From NCBI GenBank assembly GCA_965248925.1, contig CBDFLE010000006.1, forward strand, positions 4,896,001-4,960,000: a stretch of 64,000 nucleotides of DNA, written 5' to 3'. The notes under the pieces were generated by a model, which saw only the letters and a list, made by a program, of their open reading frames with translations, had not been told where the DNA came from and did no database searches. Of the stretch, positions 9,503 to 18,021 are shown in pieces (within the stretch, counting starts at the first letter, position 1; each line of letters starts with the position of its first letter). The position numbers and the translations under genes were made by a program. Source of the DNA: Candidatus Multivoradales bacterium. Lineage in GTDB: Bacteria > Acidobacteriota > Thermoanaerobaculia > Multivoradales > J023.

Positions 9503-11140
9503 ATGCAACGGTCACAGAAGACCGCCCTGACGCTGGCGTTGGCGACCTCAGTGGTGGCCAATTTCGGGTTGATTTATTTGCTCTGGCGCCACCGTCGACA
9601 ACTTGGTTCCTTGGCGGGCTTGATGGGTGCGACCCCCAGCCAGTTCGTGTTCCTGCCGATGGTCTTTCCGCTGGCGGTTTATTTTGTGGCGCGGGCGGGT
9701 TGGATGGTGGCGGAATTGACCCAGCGGGCACCCCTGCGGCGACCGCGGGCAGTGGCGCTGGTGGCCTCGCAAGGACGTTGGATAGCGATCGGCGCGGTGG
9801 TGTCGATCGCCTTGGCGACCCTCTACTTCGCCGGTAGGGAAGCCAATTCCCACGCTCTCTACCTGCTCGAACGGCCTTATGCCGCGGCCGCGGGCCATGC
9901 TGCTCGCACTCTGTTTGTCGATCGCGGCCATGCTGAGCGGGTCGCGCGGTTGTTGCCCGAGGTGGTGGCCAGCGAGCCACGGCAGCGCCTGGAGGAAGCC
10001 CAGCGGCTGGCTCTCGACCTCGACCAGGGACGGCTGGATTCTTTCACTCTCGATCAGGCTGCGCGCTACTTGGCGATCGCCTATCAGGCGCCTCGCTCGG
10101 CGACCGAGGAACGCCTGCCGATCGATCCTTGGGCGCGATTTTTCGAGTCGTTGTCGGTGGCGCTGGCTTGTTTTGTCGGTTGGTTGCTGATCGGCTATGT
10201 TCTGCTGCTGACTCTCTACCGCTTGCGTGGCCTGCGGCCGAAACGAGCTTTCAAAGGGGTTTTCAACAGTGCCGCGTTGGCGGCCTCGATGTTCGGCGCT
10301 TGGTTGGGGCTGCGCTTTTTTAGCCTGCGCGAGATCGAGCTCTTCTTGCTCCACCGGCATCACCCCGACCGGGCCTTTCTTTGGCAGGTGGCGGCGATCT
10401 TGATGGTGTTGGGGGGCTTGCTGGCTATTCTGTCCGTCGGCTGGCTGCGCCCACCCGAGCGCCCTGCATGGCGCTACGCCTTGAGTCGCTTGTTGCCGCT
10501 GGCGGTGCCAGGGATAGTGGTCAGTATTCTGGCCTTGCGTTGGCCAGGGGTCATTCGTGAAGGGGTGGGCTCAGTGGCTGGCTGGGGGCAGCTGCTGCCG
10601 GCGGCCTTGCTGTTGGCGCTGATCGCTGGCTTGTTGACTTTCTCGCAGCCCTTCGTGGTGCGCTGGCGGGATTGCGACTTTCCCGTCTTGCGTCACCGGC
10701 TCTTTGTCAGTTACAGCCATCGCGATACTGCTTGGTGTTTGCTGATGAAGAACTTCCTGGCTAGTCGGTCGCGAACTCAAGAGGAGGAGCTAGCGATTTG
10801 GAATGATCAAGAAATTCGTTCAGCGAGCGATTTTCGGCAGGCTATCGCCAGAGCGGTGGACGAGAGCCAGGCAGCTTTGCTGCTGGTCAGCCCCTCTTTT
10901 CTGAATTCAGAGTTCATCCAACGAAGCGAGCTACCTTTGTTGCGCTCGGCGCGGCAACAAGAGGGTGAAGACTTCAAGATTTTCTGGCTCAAGCTTGAGG
11001 ATTGCGAGATTGACGAGCCATTAATCGAGCAGGTGCAGGCTTTGTACGATCCTTCCCGTCCGCTCGATAAACTACCGATCGAGACGTTGGAGAATGCCCT
11101 GGCCCGTGCCGCCGATGAGATTGCTGCTGGCTTGGTGTGA
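9503..11140 (+). CDS. Multi-pass membrane protein with C-terminal TIR domain
   Basis: About 8 hydrophobic segments, then LFVSYSHRD..IWNDQEI..AALLLVSPSFLNSEFI..ELP (TIR_2). Starts 15 nt after the upstream TIR gene, with RBS gagga. Confidence 0.85.
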   Translation: MQRSQKTALTLALATSVVANFGLIYLLWRHRRQLGSLAGLMGATPSQFVFLPMVFPLAVYFVARAGWMVAELTQRAPLRRPRAVALVASQGRWIAIGAVVSIALATLYFAGREANSHALYLLERPYAAAAGHAARTLFVDRGHAERVARLLPEVVASEPRQRLEEAQRLALDLDQGRLDSFTLDQAARYLAIAYQAPRSATEERLPIDPWARFFESLSVALACFVGWLLIGYVLLLTLYRLRGLRPKRAFKGVFNSAALAASMFGAWLGLRFFSLREIELFLLHRHHPDRAFLWQVAAILMVLGGLLAILSVGWLRPPERPAWRYALSRLLPLAVPGIVVSILALRWPGVIREGVGSVAGWGQLLPAALLLALIAGLLTFSQPFVVRWRDCDFPVLRHRLFVSYSHRDTAWCLLMKNFLASRSRTQEEELAIWNDQEIRSASDFRQAIARAVDESQAALLLVSPSFLNSEFIQRSELPLLRSARQQEGEDFKIFWLKLEDCEIDEPLIEQVQALYDPSRPLDKLPIETLENALARAADEIAAGLV

Positions 11141-11158
11141 CCACCCTCGGCGCGGGAC

Positions 11159-11184
11159 GGCGGAGTCGTCAAAGACGCTCCGCC
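11159..11184. terminator. GC-rich hairpin after the TIR operon
   Basis: GGCGGAG-T-CGTC-AAA-GACG-CTCCGCC. No clear U-tract. Confidence 0.4.
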
Positions 11185-11530
11185 GCCCGGACTCGCGAGC
11201 CGGACTAGTGGAAGATCCAGCCTGGGTTGTTGAAGTACGGATAGAACCAGTTGGCCGGATCTCCGTTGCTGGCGTGAGGTGCTCCCCATGGTTGTACCAT
11301 TGCCAATGAAAATTTTGACACACTCTCACTTTATCCTTGCTCATCGCACCAGCAAACTCAGCCGGTGGCAGGTTCCCCAACTAGCTATGGGGACGTACAT
11401 GGTTGTAGTTCAGTCGCTGCCCCGACTCCACTTGGTCGAGAACTCGGATGATCTGCTCTTCACTGAATCCAGACCTCCTGACCTACCCCTCCTAACCCTC
11501 TGAAAACACAGGACCGCCCCTCAGAGGTGG

Positions 11531-12208
11531 TGCGGACCCAAAACTGTCCGCTTTTTTCGGTGCCGAGGCATGATCGAGCATGGCACTGACGAGCGAGCAC
11601 ACCGTCCTGTTCCCAGACCACGCCGGGGTCCCCGATGGGGTTGTGGTGATCAACGACCGCTGCCGCCTCCAGCAGAGGGGCGGCTATCGGGTGGTGGTGG
11701 TCAGCGGCATGCCGCTCGCTCACTTCGCTGCCGGCGACAGGACAGGCGAGGCCCACGCGATGGTGAGTCTCGTTGAATTGGGCTGGGCACAGCAACGCGA
11801 GGTGGCCCTTGCGTTCGCTTGTGATGTGCGGACTGTGCGCCGGAATCAGCGCCGCTTCGAAGAAGGTGGGCTGGCTGCTCTGGGCCGGCCGCGCGGTTTT
11901 CCCCGGGGTCAGTCTCGGGTAGCGCAGGGCCGCCTGGACGCGGTCAACGGCTGGAAGGCCGAGGGTGTGTCGAATCGCGAGATTGGCCGGCGGCTGGGCA
12001 TCGATGAGAAGGCCGTTCGCAAGCTCGCCAAGCGCCTGGGCTGGAAAGAGCGGTCGGTAGTGCAGATGACGATGCCCTTCGAGAGTGCGGACCCAAAACT
12101 GTCCGCCTCTGATGAGCAGCAGGTCGACGGCCCCCTGAAAACTGCGGATCTTGCGCTCGACGCTGAGGGTGGCGGTGACCCAGCGGCTGCGGACCCAAAA
12201 CTGTCCGC
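11531..12208. repeat. Three identical 21-bp palindromic boxes TGCGGACCCAAAACTGTCCGC (11531, 12086, 12188)
   Basis: Read directly from the sequence: GCGGAC-N8-GTCCGC dyad. One copy lies upstream of the start codon and two lie inside the CDS (both encode ADPKLSA). Confidence 0.95.
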
Positions 12209-13973
12209 TTCTGCGTCCGAGCAAGATCAGGTTCCCCTCTCGCTGGACCTCGATCCAGCGGATCGCGCCAGCGATCGGCTGCTGGCGAGGCTGGGATTCC
12301 TCGATGATGCGGCGCCGATCTTCGGAGCGGCGACCCAGCTACCGGGCGCCGGTGCTCTGCTGGCGATTCCCGCCCTGGTGGACAGCGGCGTGCTCTCCAT
12401 CGCGCAGGAGCTGTACGGCAGCATCGGGCCGGCCTTCTATGGGCTGCGCACCACTCTGGTAACCCTGCTGCTGATGGCACTGTTGCGGGTCAAGCGACCC
12501 GAAGGGCTCAAGGAGCGCTCACCCCGGCATTTGGGTCAGCTTCTCGGGCTCGACCGAGCGCCGGAAGTGAAAACCTTGCGCAACAAGCTCGCTCGGCTGG
12601 CCGCGCATGGCCTGGCCGCGGATCTCGGTCGCGCCCTCGCTCAGCGCCGGGTCGCCACCAGGGGCCATGCCATGGGCTTCCTCTACGTGGACGGGCATGT
12701 GCGCGCCTACCACGGTGGCCGAGAGATTCCCAAGACACACGTAGCGCGGATGCGGATCGCGATGCCGGCCACCACCGACTACTGGGTCAACGATGCTGAG
12801 AGCGAGCCTCTCTTCGTGGTTCCCACCGAGGCCAACAAGGGGCTTGCGACGATGCTTCCCCTCATTCTCGAAGAGGTACGAAAGCTACTCGGAGACCGGC
12901 GAGTCACCGTCGTCTTCGACCGTGGGGGTTGGAGCCCGAAGCTGTTTGCGAAGCTCATCGCCAAGAAGTTCGACATCCTCACATACCGAAAGGCCCCCTT
13001 TCGTCCGGTGCCGTTGAGCAAGTTCGGGCAGATCAAGGACACGATCCACGGGCGGAAGCTCGAGTACCTCCTCGCCGATCAGCGTATCTACCTCGAGTAT
13101 GGCCCGAGGAAGAAGCGCAAGCGGCTGTACCTGCGCCAGGTCACCCGCCTCTGCGACAACGGCCACCAGACGTCCATCATCACCTCCCGCCGCGACCTCT
13201 CCACACTCGAGGTCGCCTACCGCATGTTCGATCGTTGGAGGCAAGAGAACTTCTTCAAATACCTGCGCGAAGAATTCGCACTCGATGCCCTGGTGGACTA
13301 TGGCACCGAGCCAGCGGACGCCGCCCGCGATGTGCCGAATCCCGAGCGCGGCAAGATCAATGCAGAGCTGCGCAAAGCTCACGCACATCTCGAGCAGCTT
13401 CGGGCCCACATCGGGATCGCTGCTCTTGAAAACCGCGAGGATCGGCGGCGCACGATGCGCGGATTCAAGATCGCCAACGCCGCCATCTCCGCCAGGGTCC
13501 GGGCAGCGATAGAGCAGATCACCGAACTCGAGAACCAGCGCGCGACCCTCCCCGTCCGCGTCCCCGTCCAAGAGGTCGTCGAAGCGGATGTCATCAAGCT
13601 GTCCGTCGAGCGCAAGCACCTCACCGATATTCTCAAGATGGTCGCCTACCAGGCCGAAGGTGATCTTCTCCGGCTCCTATCACCCCACTACCGCCGCACC
13701 GAGCAGGAGGGACGCACCCTGATCCAAAGCGCTTTCGCGGCCGGCGGCGATATGGAGGTTACCGACACCGTGCTGCTCCTTTCCATCGACCCGCTCAGCT
13801 CTCCCCACAAGACGGCGGCGATCGCCGCCGTCTGCGAAGAACTCAACGCTACCGCCACCCACTTCCCCGGCACCGAGCTACGGATGCGGTTCGCGATCAA
13901 GAAGGCGCCACCCCGGAGCCTGGCCTTCCCAGGGCCTCGGAACACCTCCGGAGAGGCTCAACCGGACATTTGA
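11580..13973 (+). CDS. Large DDE transposase (797 aa) with two N-terminal HTH motifs; IS family uncertain
   Basis: HTH motifs QREVALAFACDVRTVRR and SNREIGRRLGIDEKAVRK. Catalytic-type motifs YVDGH, VVFDRGG, RWRQENFFK. ORF fills the IS. Confidence 0.9.
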   Translation: MALTSEHTVLFPDHAGVPDGVVVINDRCRLQQRGGYRVVVVSGMPLAHFAAGDRTGEAHAMVSLVELGWAQQREVALAFACDVRTVRRNQRRFEEGGLAALGRPRGFPRGQSRVAQGRLDAVNGWKAEGVSNREIGRRLGIDEKAVRKLAKRLGWKERSVVQMTMPFESADPKLSASDEQQVDGPLKTADLALDAEGGGDPAAADPKLSASASEQDQVPLSLDLDPADRASDRLLARLGFLDDAAPIFGAATQLPGAGALLAIPALVDSGVLSIAQELYGSIGPAFYGLRTTLVTLLLMALLRVKRPEGLKERSPRHLGQLLGLDRAPEVKTLRNKLARLAAHGLAADLGRALAQRRVATRGHAMGFLYVDGHVRAYHGGREIPKTHVARMRIAMPATTDYWVNDAESEPLFVVPTEANKGLATMLPLILEEVRKLLGDRRVTVVFDRGGWSPKLFAKLIAKKFDILTYRKAPFRPVPLSKFGQIKDTIHGRKLEYLLADQRIYLEYGPRKKRKRLYLRQVTRLCDNGHQTSIITSRRDLSTLEVAYRMFDRWRQENFFKYLREEFALDALVDYGTEPADAARDVPNPERGKINAELRKAHAHLEQLRAHIGIAALENREDRRRTMRGFKIANAAISARVRAAIEQITELENQRATLPVRVPVQEVVEADVIKLSVERKHLTDILKMVAYQAEGDLLRLLSPHYRRTEQEGRTLIQSAFAAGGDMEVTDTVLLLSIDPLSSPHKTAAIAAVCEELNATATHFPGTELRMRFAIKKAPPRSLAFPGPRNTSGEAQPDI

Positions 13974-14542
13974 GAAAAAGGGTATGTCAGGAGTTCTGGA
14001 ATCTGGGGAGCACTTCAGGTGGAGCTGGGAAAGAGAGAACAGGCCACCGAAGACCTCTCTCCGCGTCTTTCCACCAACAGTGCCCAGCGGTCCAATCTTG
14101 ACCGCAGGAAGTATGACTGAGGGTATGCACCCGACCCTCTCAGGGTACATCGCAGAGCCTTGACGCCATAGCAGCCCGCTATCGTGTACCCTGGCGGGGT
14201 AAGTTCCGGCACGGAGGGGGCTGAGCAAGTTCTGCTTTGCCAGAGAGTCTACTCCTTTCTAGAGAAGTACCCGTCCCGGGACTTCTCGCTTGCGCCAACA
14301 ATTGGAGAGAATCGCTCAAGTCCCTCGCCTAGTTGCCTAGCAGCAAGGCGAAGAGTCTTCAATGAAGCCCAAAGTACGGATCCGCTGCTAGCTTGGTGGG
14401 CACCGCCTGCACAGAGCGACCGCAGTGGAGCGGCCTCGGGAGAGGCGGGTACAGGGGAATTCGATGGCCATAAAATTCGCTTTAACAGCTGCTGCTGGAA
14501 TCAATTGGGGGGCCCTAGTTGATCCGACAGGCTGAGCTAGAA

Positions 14543-15916
14543 CTACCGTGAAAGCCTGTTTCCAGACAGGAGCCGGCTGCGCGGATGCCGACCTAGCCTG
14601 CGCGCACCGGCCAATTTTGTTCGGATATCCTCCAGCAGGACTGCTTTCGTCGTGAGCCAGTCGAGTCTGGCGAACTCAATCAACGCGGCTTCGCAGATCG
14701 AGTTCGTCTCTTGATTCATTAACAGCTTCCGAGTGTCCTGGACCACAGTTTGGACTTCACCGAACTTACCCAAGGCGATCTTCGTTTCGGCTAGGTCAAC
14801 GCTAGCCAGGGCCATATCGAAGGGGTTGATGGTCGCAAACAGCTCCACAGCCGCAGCCATTCGTGCTTCTGCCTCCTCCAGGTCACCAACTTTCCAACTC
14901 GCAGTTGCTTCAGTCCGGAGTAGCCAAGCTTCGAGGTACGGTGCTCTCTCCCTCGGTAGGAGAGACCTCGCAAGTGTTAGGTGAGTAGCCGCATCCGAAA
15001 ATCTCTGCTTCTGCAACAGCCAGTCCGCAGCATGTTGGTGCATGCCGAGGCGCAACTTCCATCCAGCGCCGTCTAGGAGTTGCAGATACCGGGACAACTG
15101 CCGATCATCCATTGTTCTCAGCAAGATGCTGCATCGAGCTAGGGAAAGTTCGGCCTCGTAGTAGGCCACCTCGCGGGCATCCGCCATCCGCAAGGCTTCT
15201 TCAAAATGTCGCTGTGCTTCAGCGTACTTTCCCTGACAAACGAGGAGCTGTCCGGCTGCTTGATACCGGCCAGAGGCATCATTGCCGCAAGCAGGATTGA
15301 CCATGCTCTGGGAAGCTCGAATAGCTGATTCTAACCAGCCACCGAGGCGGTAAGCCGTCACGAGTGAAATAACCGCCCTTTGTGCTGCTTGACAGTTCCC
15401 TCCAGCGCCCCCGGCACCCTCGACGAGCGCCCTAGCTAGCTTCGCCGAGGCACCCGGATCTCTGAAGCGAACGATGGCCAGATGCTCACAAGCTACTTCC
15501 ACCGCCTGCAACGTTCTCCAGCACTCCTCCTCGCGAAAATGCTGGGCCAGTGCCGGCTCCGGTAGCACTTCGAGTAGCAACTGAAGCCTTTGCGGCTCTG
15601 TAGAGCAGCAGGAGGCAGTCTCGCCAAGGAACGCCGCACGCAGAGCAACACTGACGCCTGGATCGCCACGGCTGGTACCGAGGAACTCGGCCGGGTCGAG
15701 CCCGGTCACCCTATTGAAGAACTCTTTGGGCGACACCCTCATCGCCGCCAGCACCAGATCCAAGCTTGGCAAGCTCATCGCGCCAGTGTTCAGCGCGCGA
15801 CTCAAGTAGCCGATGCTGAGGCCAGCTCGGACATCGATTTCTCTCTTCAGCAGCGGGTGAGCCTCGACCATCCGGCTCAGAACTTCGATCACCCTTGATA
15901 GTAGCTCCCCCTCCAT
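14543..15916 (-). CDS. XRE-like HTH + TPR transcriptional regulator
   Basis: N-term KREIDVRAGLSIGYLSRALN..MSLPSLDLVLAAMRVSPKEFF is XRE-type. The C-terminal part has TPR-like helices (GKYAEAQRHFEEAL, GDLEEAEARMAAAVELF). Confidence 0.75.
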   Translation of the reverse strand: MEGELLSRVIEVLSRMVEAHPLLKREIDVRAGLSIGYLSRALNTGAMSLPSLDLVLAAMRVSPKEFFNRVTGLDPAEFLGTSRGDPGVSVALRAAFLGETASCCSTEPQRLQLLLEVLPEPALAQHFREEECWRTLQAVEVACEHLAIVRFRDPGASAKLARALVEGAGGAGGNCQAAQRAVISLVTAYRLGGWLESAIRASQSMVNPACGNDASGRYQAAGQLLVCQGKYAEAQRHFEEALRMADAREVAYYEAELSLARCSILLRTMDDRQLSRYLQLLDGAGWKLRLGMHQHAADWLLQKQRFSDAATHLTLARSLLPRERAPYLEAWLLRTEATASWKVGDLEEAEARMAAAVELFATINPFDMALASVDLAETKIALGKFGEVQTVVQDTRKLLMNQETNSICEAALIEFARLDWLTTKAVLLEDIRTKLAGARRLGRHPRSRLLSGNRLSR

Positions 15917-15978
15917 CGCATGACGCTCCTATTCTGATTTCCCCGCAGCCTAGCACGACAGGCAAATCGTCAATCCAG

Positions 15979-16037
15979 TCAGCAAGAATGCTGATCCATC
16001 TGCTGCCATACGGCGATGAAATCAGCATCTTTGCTGA
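15979..16037. promoter_or_regulatory. Two perfect operator-like palindromes TCAGCA-N4-TGCTGA (15979-15994, 16022-16037)
   Basis: Read directly in the 209-bp divergent intergenic region. The boxes are 43 bp apart. Confidence 0.75.
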
Positions 16038-16125
16038 TTCTTCTAAATTTTGCTCAGAGAGTTCCGCCTGTTCTCTAGGCTCTTCGTATGCCTGAATCGT
16101 TCCTACTTGAAAGTAGATCGCCCCG

Positions 16126-16413
16126 ATGACCGAAGACCAAATCCAAGCCGCCCTGAGCCCCCTGATCGGCTGGCGCCGCGCCCAAGACGTCCAAGCGATC
16201 GGCAAGCACTTCCTGCTCGACACCTGGCGCGACGCCATGATCTTCGTCGACTTCGTGCTTTTCACCGGCGAGCGGCAGGCGATCACCCCGCGAGTCGTCA
16301 TCGTTGGCCGGCGGCTCAGTGTCCAGATCGGACCCCGACCCCCAGCCAGCCTGAACAGCAGGCATTTCGAATATGCCCACTCCCTCGACCTCCCATGCGG
16401 ATCCGGCGGATAA
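16126..16413 (+). CDS. PCD/DCoH-fold-like small protein lacking the catalytic HHP motif
   Basis: Pattern EDQIQAALSPLIGWR..IGKHF..WRDAMIFVDFV..[AITP]..LSVQI..LNSRHFEYAHSLD parallels pterin-4a-carbinolamine dehydratases. Confidence 0.6.
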   Translation: MTEDQIQAALSPLIGWRRAQDVQAIGKHFLLDTWRDAMIFVDFVLFTGERQAITPRVVIVGRRLSVQIGPRPPASLNSRHFEYAHSLDLPCGSGG

Positions 16414-16440
16414 ACCCTGAGGCCGCCGGAGCCCTTCCTA

Positions 16441-16483
16441 CCTCCGGGCCGGGCCTCTCTCCCGGCCCGGAGGCTCTTTTTTC
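16441..16483 (+). terminator. Intrinsic terminator between the two PCD-like genes
   Basis: 13-bp perfect stem CCTCCGGGCCGGG/CCCGGCCCGGAGG, 7-nt loop, then CTCTTTTTT. Confidence 0.75.
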
Positions 16484-16514
16484 ACCCGGTAAGACCCTCA
16501 CCAGGAGAATAGCA

Positions 16515-16826
16515 ATGAAACCAGAACGCATCCAACTCGGCTTGCAGGGCTTGGTCCACTGGCGTCAACCCAGTACCGCAGATCAGGTCATCAGCCGGCA
16601 GATCGGCCTCGCCAACTTCACCAGCGCCAGCGACCTGCTGCGCAAGAGCCTCGTGCTGGCCAAGAGGCTGGAGATGCCGCTCGATCTGCACCTCCAAGGC
16701 AGCACCTTGAAAGTGCGCCTGCCCTGTGCTCCCGAAACCGAACTCACCGAGCGCCACCTTTCCCTGGCCCGCGCCATCGAGAGCCTAGCCGCCGAGGTAG
16801 AGCAGCGGGCACCCCGCCATGGATAG
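16515..16826 (+). CDS. Second PCD/DCoH-fold-like protein, also without HHP
   Basis: RBS AGGAG. MKPERIQLGLQGLVHWR..ISRQI..NFTSA..LDLHL..LKVRL..ELTERHLSLARAIE matches the PCD layout (W, xFxxA, LTExDxxLAxxI). Confidence 0.6.
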   Translation: MKPERIQLGLQGLVHWRQPSTADQVISRQIGLANFTSASDLLRKSLVLAKRLEMPLDLHLQGSTLKVRLPCAPETELTERHLSLARAIESLAAEVEQRAPRHG

Positions 16827-17238
16827 CGGGACAGAGCAGCTAGACGACGTTGAGCTGCGCGCGCCGCTGCGCCAGGTCGCCTCTCAAGTCACCGGTGCCT
16901 CCCTGCGCTTGGAGCATTCCTGGATCGTGGCGCGGGCCAAGCTCCAAGTGACCCCCAGCACCTCCACTGGAGACCTTGCCGGCAGCTTCCTGGCGAGCCT
17001 TAATCGCTGCTACTTGGAGCCCGCATCCGCCATCCTCTGGTTCGTCGACAAAGTCCTCGACTCGCGCCGTGGTGGTCACCGGCAAGCCGAGCAGTTTCTG
17101 CGCACTCTGGCCGAGCGACACCCCATCCCAAGGCACGGGCAGCGCCGCTGCGAAGCCATGGACCAGCTGGCCAACACCCTCACGCAATGTGCCCTCGAAA
17201 CAGCTCTGGCCGCGAGCCAAGTCAATGACCGCCGGTGA
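16819..17238 (+). CDS. Hypothetical helical protein
   Basis: 139-aa ORF overlapping the upstream stop by 8 nt. No recognisable motif. Confidence 0.55.
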   Translation: MDSGTEQLDDVELRAPLRQVASQVTGASLRLEHSWIVARAKLQVTPSTSTGDLAGSFLASLNRCYLEPASAILWFVDKVLDSRRGGHRQAEQFLRTLAERHPIPRHGQRRCEAMDQLANTLTQCALETALAASQVNDRR

Positions 17239-17332
17239 AATTTTTCGAGGCCTGTTGTAACGATGCCGGCCCTTTTACGCCTATAGATACTGAAGCGACC
17301 GAAACCCGTGTCCGCGAAAGGAGCAAACCCCA

Positions 17333-18004
17333 ATGCCGAGCCATCACGTCCCTTCTGCCTTGCCGGTTCTCTTACTCACCGCCCTGCTCACCCTGCCATC
17401 CCCAACCCAGGCTCTCGACCTGACCTTCGACAGCCACGCAGCCACCGCCGTCGGCCTGGCGGCCGACACCCCGGTGGCCTGGCTGTGGACCGGGCGGGTG
17501 GTCGAGGGCTATTCCACCCGCGTTGAACTCGAAACCCGCGCCGGCCTGGCCGACCGCTCTGGGGCGGTGCGGCTCCTGAGCGAGCGCCCCTTGCCCGAGC
17601 AGTCGATCTGGGCATTGGCTGACCTCCGCAGCGGCGACCTGCTGCTCGATTGGCCAGCAGCCTCGCGAGCCAGCCTGCTGGAACTGCCAGCCGTGGACTT
17701 GGAGCCCGACCGCCTGACCCTCGCCGGTCGCCGCTACCAGGCTCTGCTGATCCGCCCCGGCGTCGGCGCCTGGTCTGCCCTGGTGACCGATGGCGGCGAC
17801 GCCGATGCCGACGGCGAACAGAACGCCAGCGTCACCGTAGCGGTGGAGCACTTGCTGCCGCTGAATGAGGAAACCCCCGCCACCGCCGAGCGCTTGAAGC
17901 CGGGTGATCGCCTGCTGCTGGCCGACCCCGACCACCTACGTCTGTGGGTCGCCGCCATCGATCGCGAATCATTCAAGGATCCGTCCCCCAGCACCTCTCG
18001 CTGA
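17333..18004 (+). CDS. Secreted hypothetical protein (RHS accessory candidate)
   Basis: RBS AAGGAG, signal peptide (..LLLTALLTLPSPTQA), acidic DGGDADADG loop. Ends 17 nt before the RHS start. Confidence 0.75.
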   Translation: MPSHHVPSALPVLLLTALLTLPSPTQALDLTFDSHAATAVGLAADTPVAWLWTGRVVEGYSTRVELETRAGLADRSGAVRLLSERPLPEQSIWALADLRSGDLLLDWPAASRASLLELPAVDLEPDRLTLAGRRYQALLIRPGVGAWSALVTDGGDADADGEQNASVTVAVEHLLPLNEETPATAERLKPGDRLLLADPDHLRLWVAAIDRESFKDPSPSTSR

Positions 18005-18021
18005 ACACCGAGGAAAAGACT

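Larger units (their letters stand above)
11470..13998 (+). mobile_element. Complete insertion sequence (2529 bp) with terminal inverted repeats and 5-bp target duplication
   Basis: Left end CAGACCTCCTGACCTACCC versus reverse complement of right end CAGAACTCCTGACATACCC. GAATC duplicated at 11465-11469 and 13999-14003. Confidence 0.92.
11275..14017 (-). mobile_element. Internally deleted IS3-family relic (about 210 bp without the nested IS), interrupted by the IS at 11470-13998
   Basis: Inverted ends TGAGGTGCTCCCCA (11275) and TGGGGAGCACTTCA (to 14017). Flanks GGCG/GGTG look like a near 4-bp TSD. Minus strand encodes RFSEEQIIRVLDQVESG (IS3 OrfA start) fused to NYNHVRPHS*LGNLPPAEFA (OrfB end). 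Confidence 0.8.

Noticed and set aside
11531-12208. 21-bp repeats as a CRISPR array
   Set aside because: Only three copies, with irregular spacing (555 and 102 bp). Two lie within a transposase CDS, and there are no cas genes.
16050-16514. 258-aa ORF 16050..16826 as a single gene
   Set aside because: The 5' part overlaps the 16126..16413 gene and a terminator. A good RBS supports the start at 16515.
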